Assembly: GCA_030652335.1 (NCBI GenBank)
Contig: JAUSAW010000004.1
Coordinates: 11,964-75,963, forward strand
Source: Gammaproteobacteria bacterium
Lineage (GTDB): Bacteria > Pseudomonadota > Gammaproteobacteria > Francisellales > CACEW01
Direction of reading: 5' to 3'
DNA length: 64,000 nt
Part shown: piece after piece, positions 48,244 through 60,626 of the stretch
How positions within the stretch are numbered: position 1 is the first letter of the stretch
Layout: each line of letters begins with the position of its first letter
Notes under the pieces: generated by a model
What the model was told of the DNA's origin: nothing
The model's input: only the letters and a program-made list of their open reading frames with translations
The model's database searches: none
Program-made: the position numbers and the translations under genes

Positions 48244-49617
48244 TTAATCCTTTTTCTTAATGGGTCTTACCCAGCCTTCGACTGTCATTTGTTTGGCACG
48301 GGACAGGGTTAACTTAGCTTCCGGTGCATCGCGGGTTATAGTAGATCCGGCGCCGATAGTGGCACCTTTGGCGATAGTAACTGGCGCGATTAATTGAACA
48401 TCAGAGCCTACAAATACATCATCTTCGATAATCGTTTGATGCTTATTAATACCGTCGTAATTACAGGTTATCACACCGGCGCCGATATTCACGCGTTCGC
48501 CAACGATGGAATCGCCGATATAACTTAAATGGTTAGCTTTAGAACCTTTGCCGATAGTAGATTTTTTCACTTCCACGAAATTGCCGATATGGCAGCCTTC
48601 TTTAAGAATAGTACCGGGACGAATCCTGGCAAAAGGGCCGACTATGGCGTTTTGCTCGACCGTGCAATCTTCTAAAACTGAGTTGGCTCTAATTTCCACA
48701 CCTTTGCCTAACCTAACATTTTTAAGCACAACATTCGGTCCGATGATACAATTTTCGCTTAAGACAACATGACCTTCAAAAATTACATTCACATCGATAA
48801 TACAATCGCGTGCAGGAACCACAGTCCCACGGATATCTACTCGAGCTGGGTCATAGAGGGTAACGCCCTGCAACATGAGTTCTTGAGCCTGCCAAAATTG
48901 ATAAATTCGCTCCAGTTTTGCTAATTCGATTCGGGTATTAGCACCATAGATTTCTTCTATTTGCTTAGGCTTGGAGACATTAATGCTCACCTTATCATCA
49001 CGAGCCATCTTAACGATATCGGTTAAATAATATTCTTTTTGAGCATTGATATTAGTAAGATTGGGTAGCCATTTTAATAGAAATTCGGCAGGCACGCAGT
49101 AAATGCCGGTATTGATCTCTTTAATTTGCTTTTCTAAAGCACTGGCATCTTTTTCTTCTATTATGCCTAAAACTTGCTGATGATCATCACGCAGGATTCT
49201 TCCTAAGCCAAAGGGATCTGGCAGCTCGGCAGTCAATAAACCCAATTGGGTTTTGCCGGTAGCCGCAATAAAATTAGCTAAGGTATTCGAACTAATTAAA
49301 GGCACATCGCCGTATAGAATTAGCACCTGATTGGCAGGGTTTAATAAGAGTAAAACTTGCTGAACCGCATGCCCTGTGCCTAAGCGCTCTTTTTGCTCGA
49401 CCCAGGTAACATCCTGGCGATGCTGCATAGAGGCTAATACCATTTCACCTAAATGGCCATACACTACAAATACTTCGGTGACATCAGGCAAAGCCTCGGC
49501 ACTATCGATAACATGATCGAGCAGGGTTTTGCCAGCAAGTTTATGCAATACTTTAGGCAAATTGGAACTCATGCGAGTGCCGCTGCCTCCCGCTAAAATA
49601 ATAATACTAAGCGCCAT
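48244..49617 (-). CDS. glmU: Bifunctional UDP-N-acetylglucosamine pyrophosphorylase / GlcN-1-P acetyltransferase
   Basis: ILAGGSGTRM motif and a C-terminal left-handed beta-helix made of hexapeptide repeats. Confidence 0.97.
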   Translation of the reverse strand: MALSIIILAGGSGTRMSSNLPKVLHKLAGKTLLDHVIDSAEALPDVTEVFVVYGHLGEMVLASMQHRQDVTWVEQKERLGTGHAVQQVLLLLNPANQVLILYGDVPLISSNTLANFIAATGKTQLGLLTAELPDPFGLGRILRDDHQQVLGIIEEKDASALEKQIKEINTGIYCVPAEFLLKWLPNLTNINAQKEYYLTDIVKMARDDKVSINVSKPKQIEEIYGANTRIELAKLERIYQFWQAQELMLQGVTLYDPARVDIRGTVVPARDCIIDVNVIFEGHVVLSENCIIGPNVVLKNVRLGKGVEIRANSVLEDCTVEQNAIVGPFARIRPGTILKEGCHIGNFVEVKKSTIGKGSKANHLSYIGDSIVGERVNIGAGVITCNYDGINKHQTIIEDDVFVGSDVQLIAPVTIAKGATIGAGSTITRDAPEAKLTLSRAKQMTVEGWVRPIKKKD

Positions 49618-49694
49618 GTTATTCCCTACTTATTAAGCATGATAAGTATTTTATGTGAACTTAACTAAGAAAGCACGGTTAAGGCAAATTAAAT

Positions 49695-50555
49695 TTACTC
49701 ATCCCCTAAGCATTGACTAGGGCTAGCTATACTCGTGTCCACTGATGCTCTCCTATAAATTAGCGTTGTAGCAATCGAGGGAAAAGTATATTCCTCCTTC
49801 GCCCCCGTGATCAGGCTACAACTTTTCACGTCCGGCCCAGAATCGGAATCATCGGAATCGGAATCGGAATCGGAATCATCAGAGTCAAAACCATCAAAGC
49901 TAAAAGGAAGATCGGTCTTCGCTCTACCGGGGGGTGAATAATGCGCAGAAGTATGCCAGTCTATTAATTCAGGTGAACGCGCTCTAGCGGATGGATAATC
50001 ACTCTCATTAATTTCTGGGATACTGGCTCGAGGCTCTATAGTTTGAATGAGGGCGTATAAAGTTTGATTGACCTCAGTATCGTCATGAAGTTTAGACTCA
50101 TTAAGCAGGCTCTCATACGATGGACCGTTATCAAATAGCTCGATATGCTCCATCCAAGATCCGCTTATATCAAGCACATCATGCGTTTTTTTGCCATAAA
50201 TATAACCGCGCTTAGGACAAAAATATTCTTCTGTTGCATCTGGGTCAACGACTCTGCCCAAACTTGCCTCAGATTCAGACATTATGCCTAAACGAAACTC
50301 TGGGGCTTCAGTAACCATTGGAATGGCAGGTATTAATAGCCAAAGAACTGCAAACCCCAGTACTTTTGCATGAATAATATTTCTAGGGTTAATAGTCCGG
50401 CTTAATCGCTCATCGAGGGTGGGTCTATCATCTTCTAAGGTAGGGCCTTTGGTGGCTAAATCATCAGCGAACCTTACCGTTTTTGCTGGGCGCACACTGG
50501 CAGATACGGCTCGTTGTGATGATTTTTCAGGAGGAAATCTATCAGCTTCTTTCAT
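49695..50555 (-). CDS. Hypothetical 286-aa protein: one TM segment and an acidic Asp-Ser repeat (DSDDSDSDSDSDDSDS)
   Basis: I recognise no family. A TATAAT hexamer lies upstream. Confidence 0.6.
   Translation of the reverse strand: MKEADRFPPEKSSQRAVSASVRPAKTVRFADDLATKGPTLEDDRPTLDERLSRTINPRNIIHAKVLGFAVLWLLIPAIPMVTEAPEFRLGIMSESEASLGRVVDPDATEEYFCPKRGYIYGKKTHDVLDISGSWMEHIELFDNGPSYESLLNESKLHDDTEVNQTLYALIQTIEPRASIPEINESDYPSARARSPELIDWHTSAHYSPPGRAKTDLPFSFDGFDSDDSDSDSDSDDSDSGPDVKSCSLITGAKEEYTFPSIATTLIYRRASVDTSIASPSQCLGDE
49839..49886. repeat. Hexanucleotide tandem repeat (GGAATC)n, coding (Asp-Ser)n on the minus strand
   Basis: Four perfect contiguous units lie at 49854-49877, flanked by degenerate units. 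Confidence 0.85.
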
Positions 50556-50656
50556 TACAATCCATTGTCTATTAAGAAAACACGATTATAGGCGTTTTTT
50601 TAGCTAAAATCTCATCTTATGTTGGGTAACATCTAGGCTAGAGGCTTAGTCAAATT

Positions 50657-51205
50657 TCAATTAAAACCGAGGCTAACTGAGCTTCTGGCCCTTAATTTAT
50701 CTTCCTCTGCTAGTAACTTAAAAACATCTTCTATAATTTTTTTCTGATAGGCTTCGGATAAAGTCTCATAATCGGATAAAGCCTCATCTGCATCAGACTC
50801 AGCAAGAACAGCTTCAAGATCAAAGGCCTCTTCTAATGGACTGGTAATAGTGTCAATGGAAGAGTGACGCCTTGCCTGGTAAAATGAACAGGCTGATGCC
50901 GGCTTAGATTCAGCGCTAACTCTTTCGTCGCACTCTTCAAAACATTCCACTATAGTAGGCAATAGCCTTGCATGAGGCTCTTTAGCAAATAAAATAGCCG
51001 CTTTAGTATTTTCGCTTTTATTCAACTGCCTTATATAGAACTTTTTCAAGGCATCTTTTATCATTTGTTTTTTACGAAGCCGAGCTTCTCTGCGCATAAA
51101 TTTTTCAGCCACAGCTAAGGGCGTAAGACTTTTAGCGCGATGTTCATGAAGTGATAATGTTTCACTTCGGGATACAGCTTTCTCAGTTGCCGTCTTGGGA
51201 ATCAT
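50657..51205 (-). CDS. Hypothetical 182-aa protein (helical, acidic C-terminal half)
   Basis: I recognise no family, but it has its own good promoter. Confidence 0.55.
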   Translation of the reverse strand: MIPKTATEKAVSRSETLSLHEHRAKSLTPLAVAEKFMRREARLRKKQMIKDALKKFYIRQLNKSENTKAAILFAKEPHARLLPTIVECFEECDERVSAESKPASACSFYQARRHSSIDTITSPLEEAFDLEAVLAESDADEALSDYETLSEAYQKKIIEDVFKLLAEEDKLRARSSVSLGFN

Positions 51206-51230
51206 AATATTTCCACAGTCTATTTTTTAA

Positions 51231-51259
51231 ACTATAGCTGCGGATAGCGATGCTTGCAA
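51231..51259 (-). promoter_or_regulatory. Candidate sigma-70 promoter (TTGCAA-17 nt-TATAGT) for the 182-aa gene
   Basis: The hexamers were read on the minus strand. The -10 element ends 25 nt before the ATG. Confidence 0.5.
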
Positions 51260-51273
51260 GTAAAGGGAGATAC

Positions 51274-51699
51274 TTAGTGTTTTTTACGAAGTCGCATAAG
51301 CTCTAATACACGTAATTTAGCGATGGCTTCGGCTAAATCTTGTTGCGTTTTGCGATAATCCACAGAACCGTCTTTAGCGCTTAACAATTTTTCAGCGGCT
51401 TGTTTAGCTTCTAAAGCAGCCGCTTCGTTAACATCCTGAGGACGTTCGACGCTATCGGCTAGAATGCTGATGTGATGCGGTTGAACTTCGAGTATGCCGC
51501 CTGAAACATACAATAATTCTTCATGACCATCGGCTTTTAAAATACGGACGGCACCTGGGGCAATGCGGGTTAATAACTGTAAGTGACCTGGATAAAGGCC
51601 GAGCTCACCTTCGGCACCTTTTACAAATAAAGCCGCGGCTTCACCTGCGAAAATTTCGCCTTCGGGACTTACTATGTCGAGCTTTACTGTTTTAACCAC
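51274..51699 (-). CDS. atpC: F0F1 ATP synthase subunit epsilon
   Basis: VKTVKLDIVSPEGEIF aligns with the E. coli AtpC N-terminus. A GTG start at 51699 is preceded by GGGAGAGG; the ORF is open to a TTG at 51714. Confidence 0.93.
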   Translation of the reverse strand: MVKTVKLDIVSPEGEIFAGEAAALFVKGAEGELGLYPGHLQLLTRIAPGAVRILKADGHEELLYVSGGILEVQPHHISILADSVERPQDVNEAAALEAKQAAEKLLSAKDGSVDYRKTQQDLAEAIAKLRVLELMRLRKKH

Positions 51700-51765
51700 T
51701 TCCCTCTCCCTCAATGGCCACTTATTACAGTGGCCATTTCGACCTCTCCCACTAGGGGCGAGGTA

Positions 51766-53157
<1,392 letters not shown>

Positions 53158-53163
53158 TTAATA

Positions 53164-54024
53164 CTAATTAATGGCTTCAGCACCCGATACGATCTCTGCC
53201 AACTCTTTGGTAATGGCAGCCTGACGGGCTTTGTTATATTCCAATTTTAATTCTTTAATCACATCGGTCGCATTGTCGGTGGCATTTTTCATGGCCATCA
53301 TTCGCGCGGCTTGTTCACAAGCCACATTCTCAACTACCCCTTGGTAGACTTGAGATTCGACATAACGCTCTAATAATAAGGTTAATAAGGATTTGGCATC
53401 AGGCTCGTAGATATAATCCCAGTGCTGCACCTCGGTTTTATCCGCCGGCATAACGGGCAATAATTGCTCGCAATGCGGGGTCTGAGTAATGGTATTGATA
53501 AAATGGTTCGATATTAAAAATAGGCGGTCTATTTTTCCAGTCGCGAAGGCATCTAACATCACTTTAACCGCACCGATCAAATCTTTAATGGCGGGTTGTT
53601 CGCCTAGATGGTGAGCATAAGCCACTACATTGCTGCCCACTCTTGCAAAATAGGCCTCGGCTTTATGGCCGATAATGGCGACATCAATTTCAACGTTTTT
53701 ATCGGCCCAGGCTTTCATTTCGATTAAGGCTTTTTTAAAGGCATTGATATTTAAACCACCACAGAGGCCGCGATCGCTTGATATTACGATAAAGCCAACG
53801 CGTTTCACTTCGCGGCTTTCCATATACACATGATGATATTCAGGATGCGCTAAAGCCAAATGACCAATCACCTCACGCGCTTTAAGTGCATAAGGTCGAC
53901 TAGCTTCCATACGATCGCGGGCCTTCCGCAATTTAGAAGCGGCGATCATTTCCATGGCTCGAGTAATTTTCTTAGTATTGCTAATACTACCTATTCGAGC
54001 TTTAATTTCTTTAGATGTTGCCAC
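53164..54024 (-). CDS. atpG: F0F1 ATP synthase subunit gamma
   Basis: [35 protein letters not shown]. Confidence 0.98.
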   Translation of the reverse strand: MATSKEIKARIGSISNTKKITRAMEMIAASKLRKARDRMEASRPYALKAREVIGHLALAHPEYHHVYMESREVKRVGFIVISSDRGLCGGLNINAFKKALIEMKAWADKNVEIDVAIIGHKAEAYFARVGSNVVAYAHHLGEQPAIKDLIGAVKVMLDAFATGKIDRLFLISNHFINTITQTPHCEQLLPVMPADKTEVQHWDYIYEPDAKSLLTLLLERYVESQVYQGVVENVACEQAARMMAMKNATDNATDVIKELKLEYNKARQAAITKELAEIVSGAEAIN

Positions 54025-54036
54025 CTGTGAACCCCT

Positions 54037-55578
54037 TTACCAGCTTTGGGTTTGCTTAAACTTTTCAATAGCCTGGCCTAAAGCCTTAGCCACTTCATCA
54101 TCATATTTACAGTTTTTATTAATTTCGGCTAATAGCGCTTGATGCTGGCTAGCCATATAGTGGTGCAAAGACTCTTCAAATGAGACGATTTTAGGTAATG
54201 CAACATCATCCAAATAGCCTTTTTCTACCGCAAATAAGGATACCGCCATCTGCGCTACGCTTAATGGGCTATATTGTTTCTGCTTCATTAATTCCATAAC
54301 TCGTTGGCCGCGCTCTAATTGCTTACGGGTTATTTCATCCAAATCCGAGGCAAACTGTGCGAAGGCTTCTAATTCACGGAACTGCGCTAGGGCTAAACGG
54401 ACTCCGCCACCAAGCTTTTTAATAATTTTGGTTTGGGCCGCTCCACCGACTCGAGATACAGACGCTCCCGCATTAATGGCTGGGCGAATTCCGGCACTAA
54501 ATAATCCTGATTCCAAGAATATTTGACCATCGGTAATCGAAATTACGTTAGTAGGAACGAAGGCTGAAATATCACCGGCCTGGGTTTCGATAATAGGTAA
54601 GGCGGTTAAGGAACCGGTTTTGCCACGCACTTCACCATTGGTCATTTTTTCAACGTATTCTGCGTTTACTCTTGCCGCACGCTCAAGCAATCTGGAATGC
54701 AGATAAAATACATCTCCAGGATAGGCTTCGCGACCTGGTGGGCGGCGTAATAATAGGGAAATTTGACGGTAGGCCCAAGCTTGCTTGGTTAAATCATCAT
54801 AAATAATCAGCGCATCTTCACCGCGATCGCGGAAATATTCACCCATCGCACAACCGGAATAAGGGGCAATATATTGCAATGCCGCCGCTTCAGCCGCAGA
54901 AGCTACTACGATAATGGTATGAGCCATCGCGTCGTTTTCTTCTAATTTGCGCACTACGTTGGCAATAGAGGAGGCTTTTTGACCGATCGCTACATAGATA
55001 CATTTAATGCCGCTATCTTTTTGGTTAATAATGGCATCGATGGCCACCGCCGTCTTACCGGTCTGACGGTCACCAATAATTAGCTCACGTTGGCCACGAC
55101 CGATTGGAACCATAGCATCGATGGCTTTAATACCGGTTTGCATAGGTTGATCGACGCTTTGACGCGCGATAACGCCTGGGGCTACTTTTTCAATGGGGGA
55201 AGTAAGAGTGGTGTTGATCGGACCTTTACCATCGATAGGATTACCCAAGGCATCCACTACTCGTCCAAGCAGGGCTTCGCCTACTGGCACTTCTAAAATT
55301 TTACCGGTACAACGCGCTATCTCGCCTTCTTTTAGGTGAGTATAGCTACCAAGCACGACAGCACCGACCGCATCGCGCTCTAAGTTTAACGCTAAACCAA
55401 ATACGCCGCCTGGCAATTCGATCATTTCACCGTAAGCGACATTGCTTAGCCCGTGTATTTTAATAATACCGTCGCGGACGCTAACGATAATCCCCTCATT
55501 GCGGGATTCAGCTTTAGTATCAAAATGCGCAATCCGCTGTTTAATTAGGTCGGTTACTTCTGAGGGATTTAATTGCAT
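54037..55578 (-). CDS. atpA: F0F1 ATP synthase subunit alpha
   Basis: [16 protein letters not shown] and Walker A motif GDRQTGKT. Confidence 0.99.
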   Translation of the reverse strand: MQLNPSEVTDLIKQRIAHFDTKAESRNEGIIVSVRDGIIKIHGLSNVAYGEMIELPGGVFGLALNLERDAVGAVVLGSYTHLKEGEIARCTGKILEVPVGEALLGRVVDALGNPIDGKGPINTTLTSPIEKVAPGVIARQSVDQPMQTGIKAIDAMVPIGRGQRELIIGDRQTGKTAVAIDAIINQKDSGIKCIYVAIGQKASSIANVVRKLEENDAMAHTIIVVASAAEAAALQYIAPYSGCAMGEYFRDRGEDALIIYDDLTKQAWAYRQISLLLRRPPGREAYPGDVFYLHSRLLERAARVNAEYVEKMTNGEVRGKTGSLTALPIIETQAGDISAFVPTNVISITDGQIFLESGLFSAGIRPAINAGASVSRVGGAAQTKIIKKLGGGVRLALAQFRELEAFAQFASDLDEITRKQLERGQRVMELMKQKQYSPLSVAQMAVSLFAVEKGYLDDVALPKIVSFEESLHHYMASQHQALLAEINKNCKYDDEVAKALGQAIEKFKQTQSW

Positions 55579-55603
55579 GGTATTCACCTTAATCTGTAGA
55601 ATT

Positions 55604-56140
55604 TTATTTTTGAAGTTCTTGTGCTAGTCGGTCTAATTGGCCTCGTACCGAGCCATCTATTACTAAGTTACCGGCTATAATCATCGCCCCACCCAGCAAG
55701 TTTTCATCAATCTTGGTTTCAAGCTCAATCGTTTGATTAAGCCTTTTATGTAAAGCCTGTTTTACGGTTTCGATCATGGCCGCATCGACTGGCATAGCGC
55801 TCACTAGAGTCGCATGACAGATGTGCTGACTTTCGGCCACATACTCGTTAAAACTTAAGCTGATTTCTGCCATAAATCCTAACCGAGAATTTTCAGCCAA
55901 TAAGCGTATAAAGTTTTGAACCTTCGGCTCAATTTCAGCGCCCTTGGAGGCTAACATTATCTCTGCCAATTCGATCTGACTGCATTTTGGATGCAGCAAT
56001 AACGCCTGCATGTCTTTATCTGCAAATAATACGGCCAATTCCTTTAAGCTTTCGCCCCAGGCTTTTTCGCTACGCTCATCTTTCGCATATTCAAAAGCGG
56101 CTTTTGCATAGGGTCTGGCAATAGTACTAGCAGTCGTCAT
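55604..56140 (-). CDS. atpH: F0F1 ATP synthase subunit delta
   Basis: [15 protein letters not shown]-terminus, in the expected operon position. Confidence 0.95.
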   Translation of the reverse strand: MTTASTIARPYAKAAFEYAKDERSEKAWGESLKELAVLFADKDMQALLLHPKCSQIELAEIMLASKGAEIEPKVQNFIRLLAENSRLGFMAEISLSFNEYVAESQHICHATLVSAMPVDAAMIETVKQALHKRLNQTIELETKIDENLLGGAMIIAGNLVIDGSVRGQLDRLAQELQK

Positions 56141-56141
56141 A

Positions 56142-56612
56142 TTAGATCTCGCTCGCTAAGGCTGACAATAAGTCTTCATTCGCGGCTTTATCGATATTGC
56201 GTCTGATAAGCTTTTCAGCTCCGGCTATAGCCACATCGGCAACTTGATGACGCACGTTCGCTAGAACCTTCATACGGTCGTGTTCGATCTCGATGACAGC
56301 GGCCTGTTTAATTCTTTCAGCGGCATGGCGGGCTTCTTCTTTAGCCTGCTCTTCAATATGATGGGCGCGCTGGTTAGCCTGCTCGATAATCACCGAGGCC
56401 TGGGCCTTGGCTTCTCGAATAATTTCTTTGGCTTTAAAATGGGCGACTTCTAAATCATGTTGCCCACGTTCGGCCGCGGCTAAGCCATCCGCAATTTTTT
56501 TGCGGCGCTCATCCAGAACTTTCATCAATGGCGGCCAGACAAACTTCATCGTAAAGAGGATGAAGATTGCAAATGTAATCATCTGGCCTATGAGAGTTGC
56601 ATTAATATCCAT
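56142..56612 (-). CDS. atpF: F0F1 ATP synthase subunit b
   Basis: [29 protein letters not shown] followed by a long charged helix. Confidence 0.95.
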   Translation of the reverse strand: MDINATLIGQMITFAIFILFTMKFVWPPLMKVLDERRKKIADGLAAAERGQHDLEVAHFKAKEIIREAKAQASVIIEQANQRAHHIEEQAKEEARHAAERIKQAAVIEIEHDRMKVLANVRHQVADVAIAGAEKLIRRNIDKAANEDLLSALASEI

Positions 56613-56664
56613 GCAGAAAACCCTTTAATTATTTAAATTATAACACTCTATGCGATGGGGGTTC

Positions 56665-56729
56665 GCAAAGGGGGAGAATCGCATCATCTCCCCCTTTGCC
56701 GCCTAGCCCGAATTCACTTCGGGCTAGGC
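56665..56729 (-). promoter_or_regulatory. Two strong tandem hairpins in the atpE-atpF intergenic region
   Basis: The first hairpin has a 13-bp perfect stem (GCAAAGGGGGAGA/TCTCCCCCTTTGC, 56665-56699). The second has a 12-bp perfect stem (GCCTAGCCCGAA/TTCGGGCTAGGC, 56701-56729). Neither is followed by a T-run. Confidence 0.6.
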
Positions 56730-56747
56730 ATTCAAATCTTGGCTAGC

Positions 56748-57068
<321 letters not shown>

Positions 57069-57076
57069 TCAATTAA

Positions 57077-58242
<1,166 letters not shown>

Positions 58243-58271
58243 CTATTGCCGGCCATGAATTTTGCAGCGAG

Positions 58272-58300
58272 ATTATAACCATTTTAGGGCATTAGAGCAA
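58272..58300 (-). promoter_or_regulatory. Candidate sigma-70 promoter for the atp operon (TTGCTC-17 nt-TATAAT)
   Basis: The hexamers were read on the minus strand, about 30 nt upstream of the atpI ATG. Confidence 0.5.
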
Positions 58301-58355
58301 TAGATTTTCATAGTGCAGCCTTGAAAATCATAACCCTACTAAACACTGGACTCTG

Positions 58356-59714
58356 TTAAGAGGATGAGTCCTGAGGAACGATTAAGGTTATCCCGGTCAC
58401 TCGGCTCATTAGCGTGCTGGTAATATTGCTATATTGGGCGTCTATATCCATCGGCATAATCACGGTTTCACCGATCACGGCGCGGCCCATACCATCATCT
58501 GCTTGGGTACGCAGGCCCCAAATCGTTTGCAGGGTCATGACTTTATTCTGAGGGTCGTTAAGATAGAGTGCGATATGACCTGGCAGGTCGATGAAGGTGA
58601 TAAAAGGCACGCCAAGTTGGCGAATCTTAATTAACTTTTGCTTATCGGTTAAACCCGTTAATGAAATATATTGGCCGGCTTTAGCCTGATAAGCCGAGTT
58701 GCGAGGCAGCCAAATACCGAACACTGCAAAGATATCTTTCATGGTAGCTGAACAATCGCGGAAGCCGTAGATTCCACCCCAGCCATAGGAGTCACCGAGA
58801 ATCTTATTGGCTATCATGGCGATATGGTCTTGGGTTAGGGCTAATGGAAAAGCGGTAGCATAAGTCTTAGAAATCGACCCTTGGCGAATGATGGCGTGGT
58901 TTTCGGTATTGACCACTGGCACATAGATGGTATAGGCGCTTTTACTGGTTCCGACCAATGGATACAAAATACCGATGCGGCTGGTCATCCTAAAAATATG
59001 ATCATCATCCATAATGGGAATATTATCATCGTTGGCCATTACAAAATGATTTGCTTGCCATTTATGCACAAAACTATCGCCGACTATGGCCACGGAATTC
59101 GCATGAATCCAGCCTAATTGGTTTTCGGTCATCACCAGATACCAAGCCCCATCGCGACTAACCTGCCAGATAAAGACCGGCGAGCCTGAAGCGATATAGG
59201 ATTGCTGCAAACTATCGAAAGGATAGTCGCTGGCTAGTGCTGAGACCGTGCTAAAACTTGGAATATCAGTCGGTAACTGCCTTAAATTATCGGAATTTAC
59301 CACGATGCCTTTAACCTTCATATTGGCAAAGGCGGCGAGATTCATATTATCTGCCAGACCTTGGATCCAATTCAGACTCAAAGGATGCATATTGCTGCCA
59401 AAACCGGGCCTTGCTGCATAGAGCTTAACGAAATCGGTTTCCGCCTCCAGGGCATCTTTTTGCCTAAAAGCCACTTGATTACCGGTCCAGGCTGAAAAAT
59501 AGCGATTGAGGAAAACCTGGGAAACTTTGGCCTGAGTCGCCGCATCCATTAATATTTTATCGGGAGTTGCGCCTGCATACATTAAAGCATTTTGATTAAA
59601 TTGATCGATAACGGCAGGAAGCTGTTGCGTGCTGATCGTGGCAGCCCATAAAGGAATAGGCAGCAGAAAAAAGCTTAGTAGCCATCGAGAAAATTTTGGG
59701 ATAGGCATTCGCAT
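58356..59714 (-). CDS. Secreted NlpC/P60 (C40) peptidase with N-terminal accessory/SH3-like domains
   Basis: Signal peptide (MRMPIPKFSRWLLSFFLLPIPLWAAT) and a catalytic region (YGWGGIYGFRDCSATMKDIF). Confidence 0.7.
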   Translation of the reverse strand: MRMPIPKFSRWLLSFFLLPIPLWAATISTQQLPAVIDQFNQNALMYAGATPDKILMDAATQAKVSQVFLNRYFSAWTGNQVAFRQKDALEAETDFVKLYAARPGFGSNMHPLSLNWIQGLADNMNLAAFANMKVKGIVVNSDNLRQLPTDIPSFSTVSALASDYPFDSLQQSYIASGSPVFIWQVSRDGAWYLVMTENQLGWIHANSVAIVGDSFVHKWQANHFVMANDDNIPIMDDDHIFRMTSRIGILYPLVGTSKSAYTIYVPVVNTENHAIIRQGSISKTYATAFPLALTQDHIAMIANKILGDSYGWGGIYGFRDCSATMKDIFAVFGIWLPRNSAYQAKAGQYISLTGLTDKQKLIKIRQLGVPFITFIDLPGHIALYLNDPQNKVMTLQTIWGLRTQADDGMGRAVIGETVIMPMDIDAQYSNITSTLMSRVTGITLIVPQDSSS

Positions 59715-59716
59715 CC

Positions 59717-60622
59717 TTACAACAGAGCAGCCAAAGAGTCAGCAAAAAAATCGGCCGCCACCTGTTCTGAAATTTCAAATTGTAAAGGGTGTTTAGCCCC
59801 TACATGCAATAGCAATTGCGTGCCAATTATTTCTATTTTTTGCACTTTTTTCATTCTTGGCGCTTGCTTAGTCTTAGCCTTAGCCGTGGCGCGAAGGCTG
59901 CTAATGACCTGGCGATAGGACCCGCTTAGCTGATTGAGTCGAATTTTTTCGATAAGGTCTTTAGCCTTAGCCGGACTTTCATCTTCAAGCTTACGCAACT
60001 CGTGCAAGGTGCGAATATCTTCGATAATGCCCTGTTCGGCCAACTCTCTAATTTTTACGCTGGCGCCTTGCAAACCCAGTCGAATGGAAATCCAGGCTGG
60101 ATCGCGACCTAATTCAGCCGCTACTTGGGCCTTAGTAACGCCCATATTATCGACCAATTGAATTAAGGCGGCGGATTCTTCAAAGGGGGAAACATTTTCG
60201 CGCTGGTCATTTTCCAATAATTGCAGAATTAAAATATTGGCATCTTCTTCAGCCCGTAGAATACAAGGCAAAGTGCCTAGGCCTGCGAGCTTAGCGGCAT
60301 GATAACGGCGCTCACCGGCGATAATAATATATTTACCGTCTTGGTTACGGGGACGGGCGATAATCGGCTGAATAATGCCTTTAAATTTAATGCTTTGAGC
60401 TAAGCCTTCGATATTGCTAAAGGTTTTGCGCGGCTGATTGGGATCAGGCTCGACGCAATCGATTGGCAATTCAAATAATTTGCCGGAAGCTTCGGCAATA
60501 TCGTTCATTACTTGAAGCTTAAGCGCCAAAAGTTCATCTTTTTTACCTAGGGACACTTCATTTAGGCTATCGCTAAGCTCGCTGGAGCGCTTGCGATTTA
60601 ATAGTAAATCTCGTTTATTCAT
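59717..60622 (-). CDS. parB: ParB/Spo0J-family partition protein
   Basis: LPIDCVEPDPNQPRKTF and IIAGERRYHAAKLAGL boxes, plus an HTH. Confidence 0.88.
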   Translation of the reverse strand: MNKRDLLLNRKRSSELSDSLNEVSLGKKDELLALKLQVMNDIAEASGKLFELPIDCVEPDPNQPRKTFSNIEGLAQSIKFKGIIQPIIARPRNQDGKYIIIAGERRYHAAKLAGLGTLPCILRAEEDANILILQLLENDQRENVSPFEESAALIQLVDNMGVTKAQVAAELGRDPAWISIRLGLQGASVKIRELAEQGIIEDIRTLHELRKLEDESPAKAKDLIEKIRLNQLSGSYRQVISSLRATAKAKTKQAPRMKKVQKIEIIGTQLLLHVGAKHPLQFEISEQVAADFFADSLAALL

Positions 60623-60626
60623 CTCT

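Noticed and set aside
49839-49886. Considered whether the short tandem repeat could be a CRISPR or other spacer-repeat array.
   Set aside because: The units are 6 nt long, contiguous and in-frame within a CDS, with no spacers. No CRISPR-like array was seen anywhere in the window.
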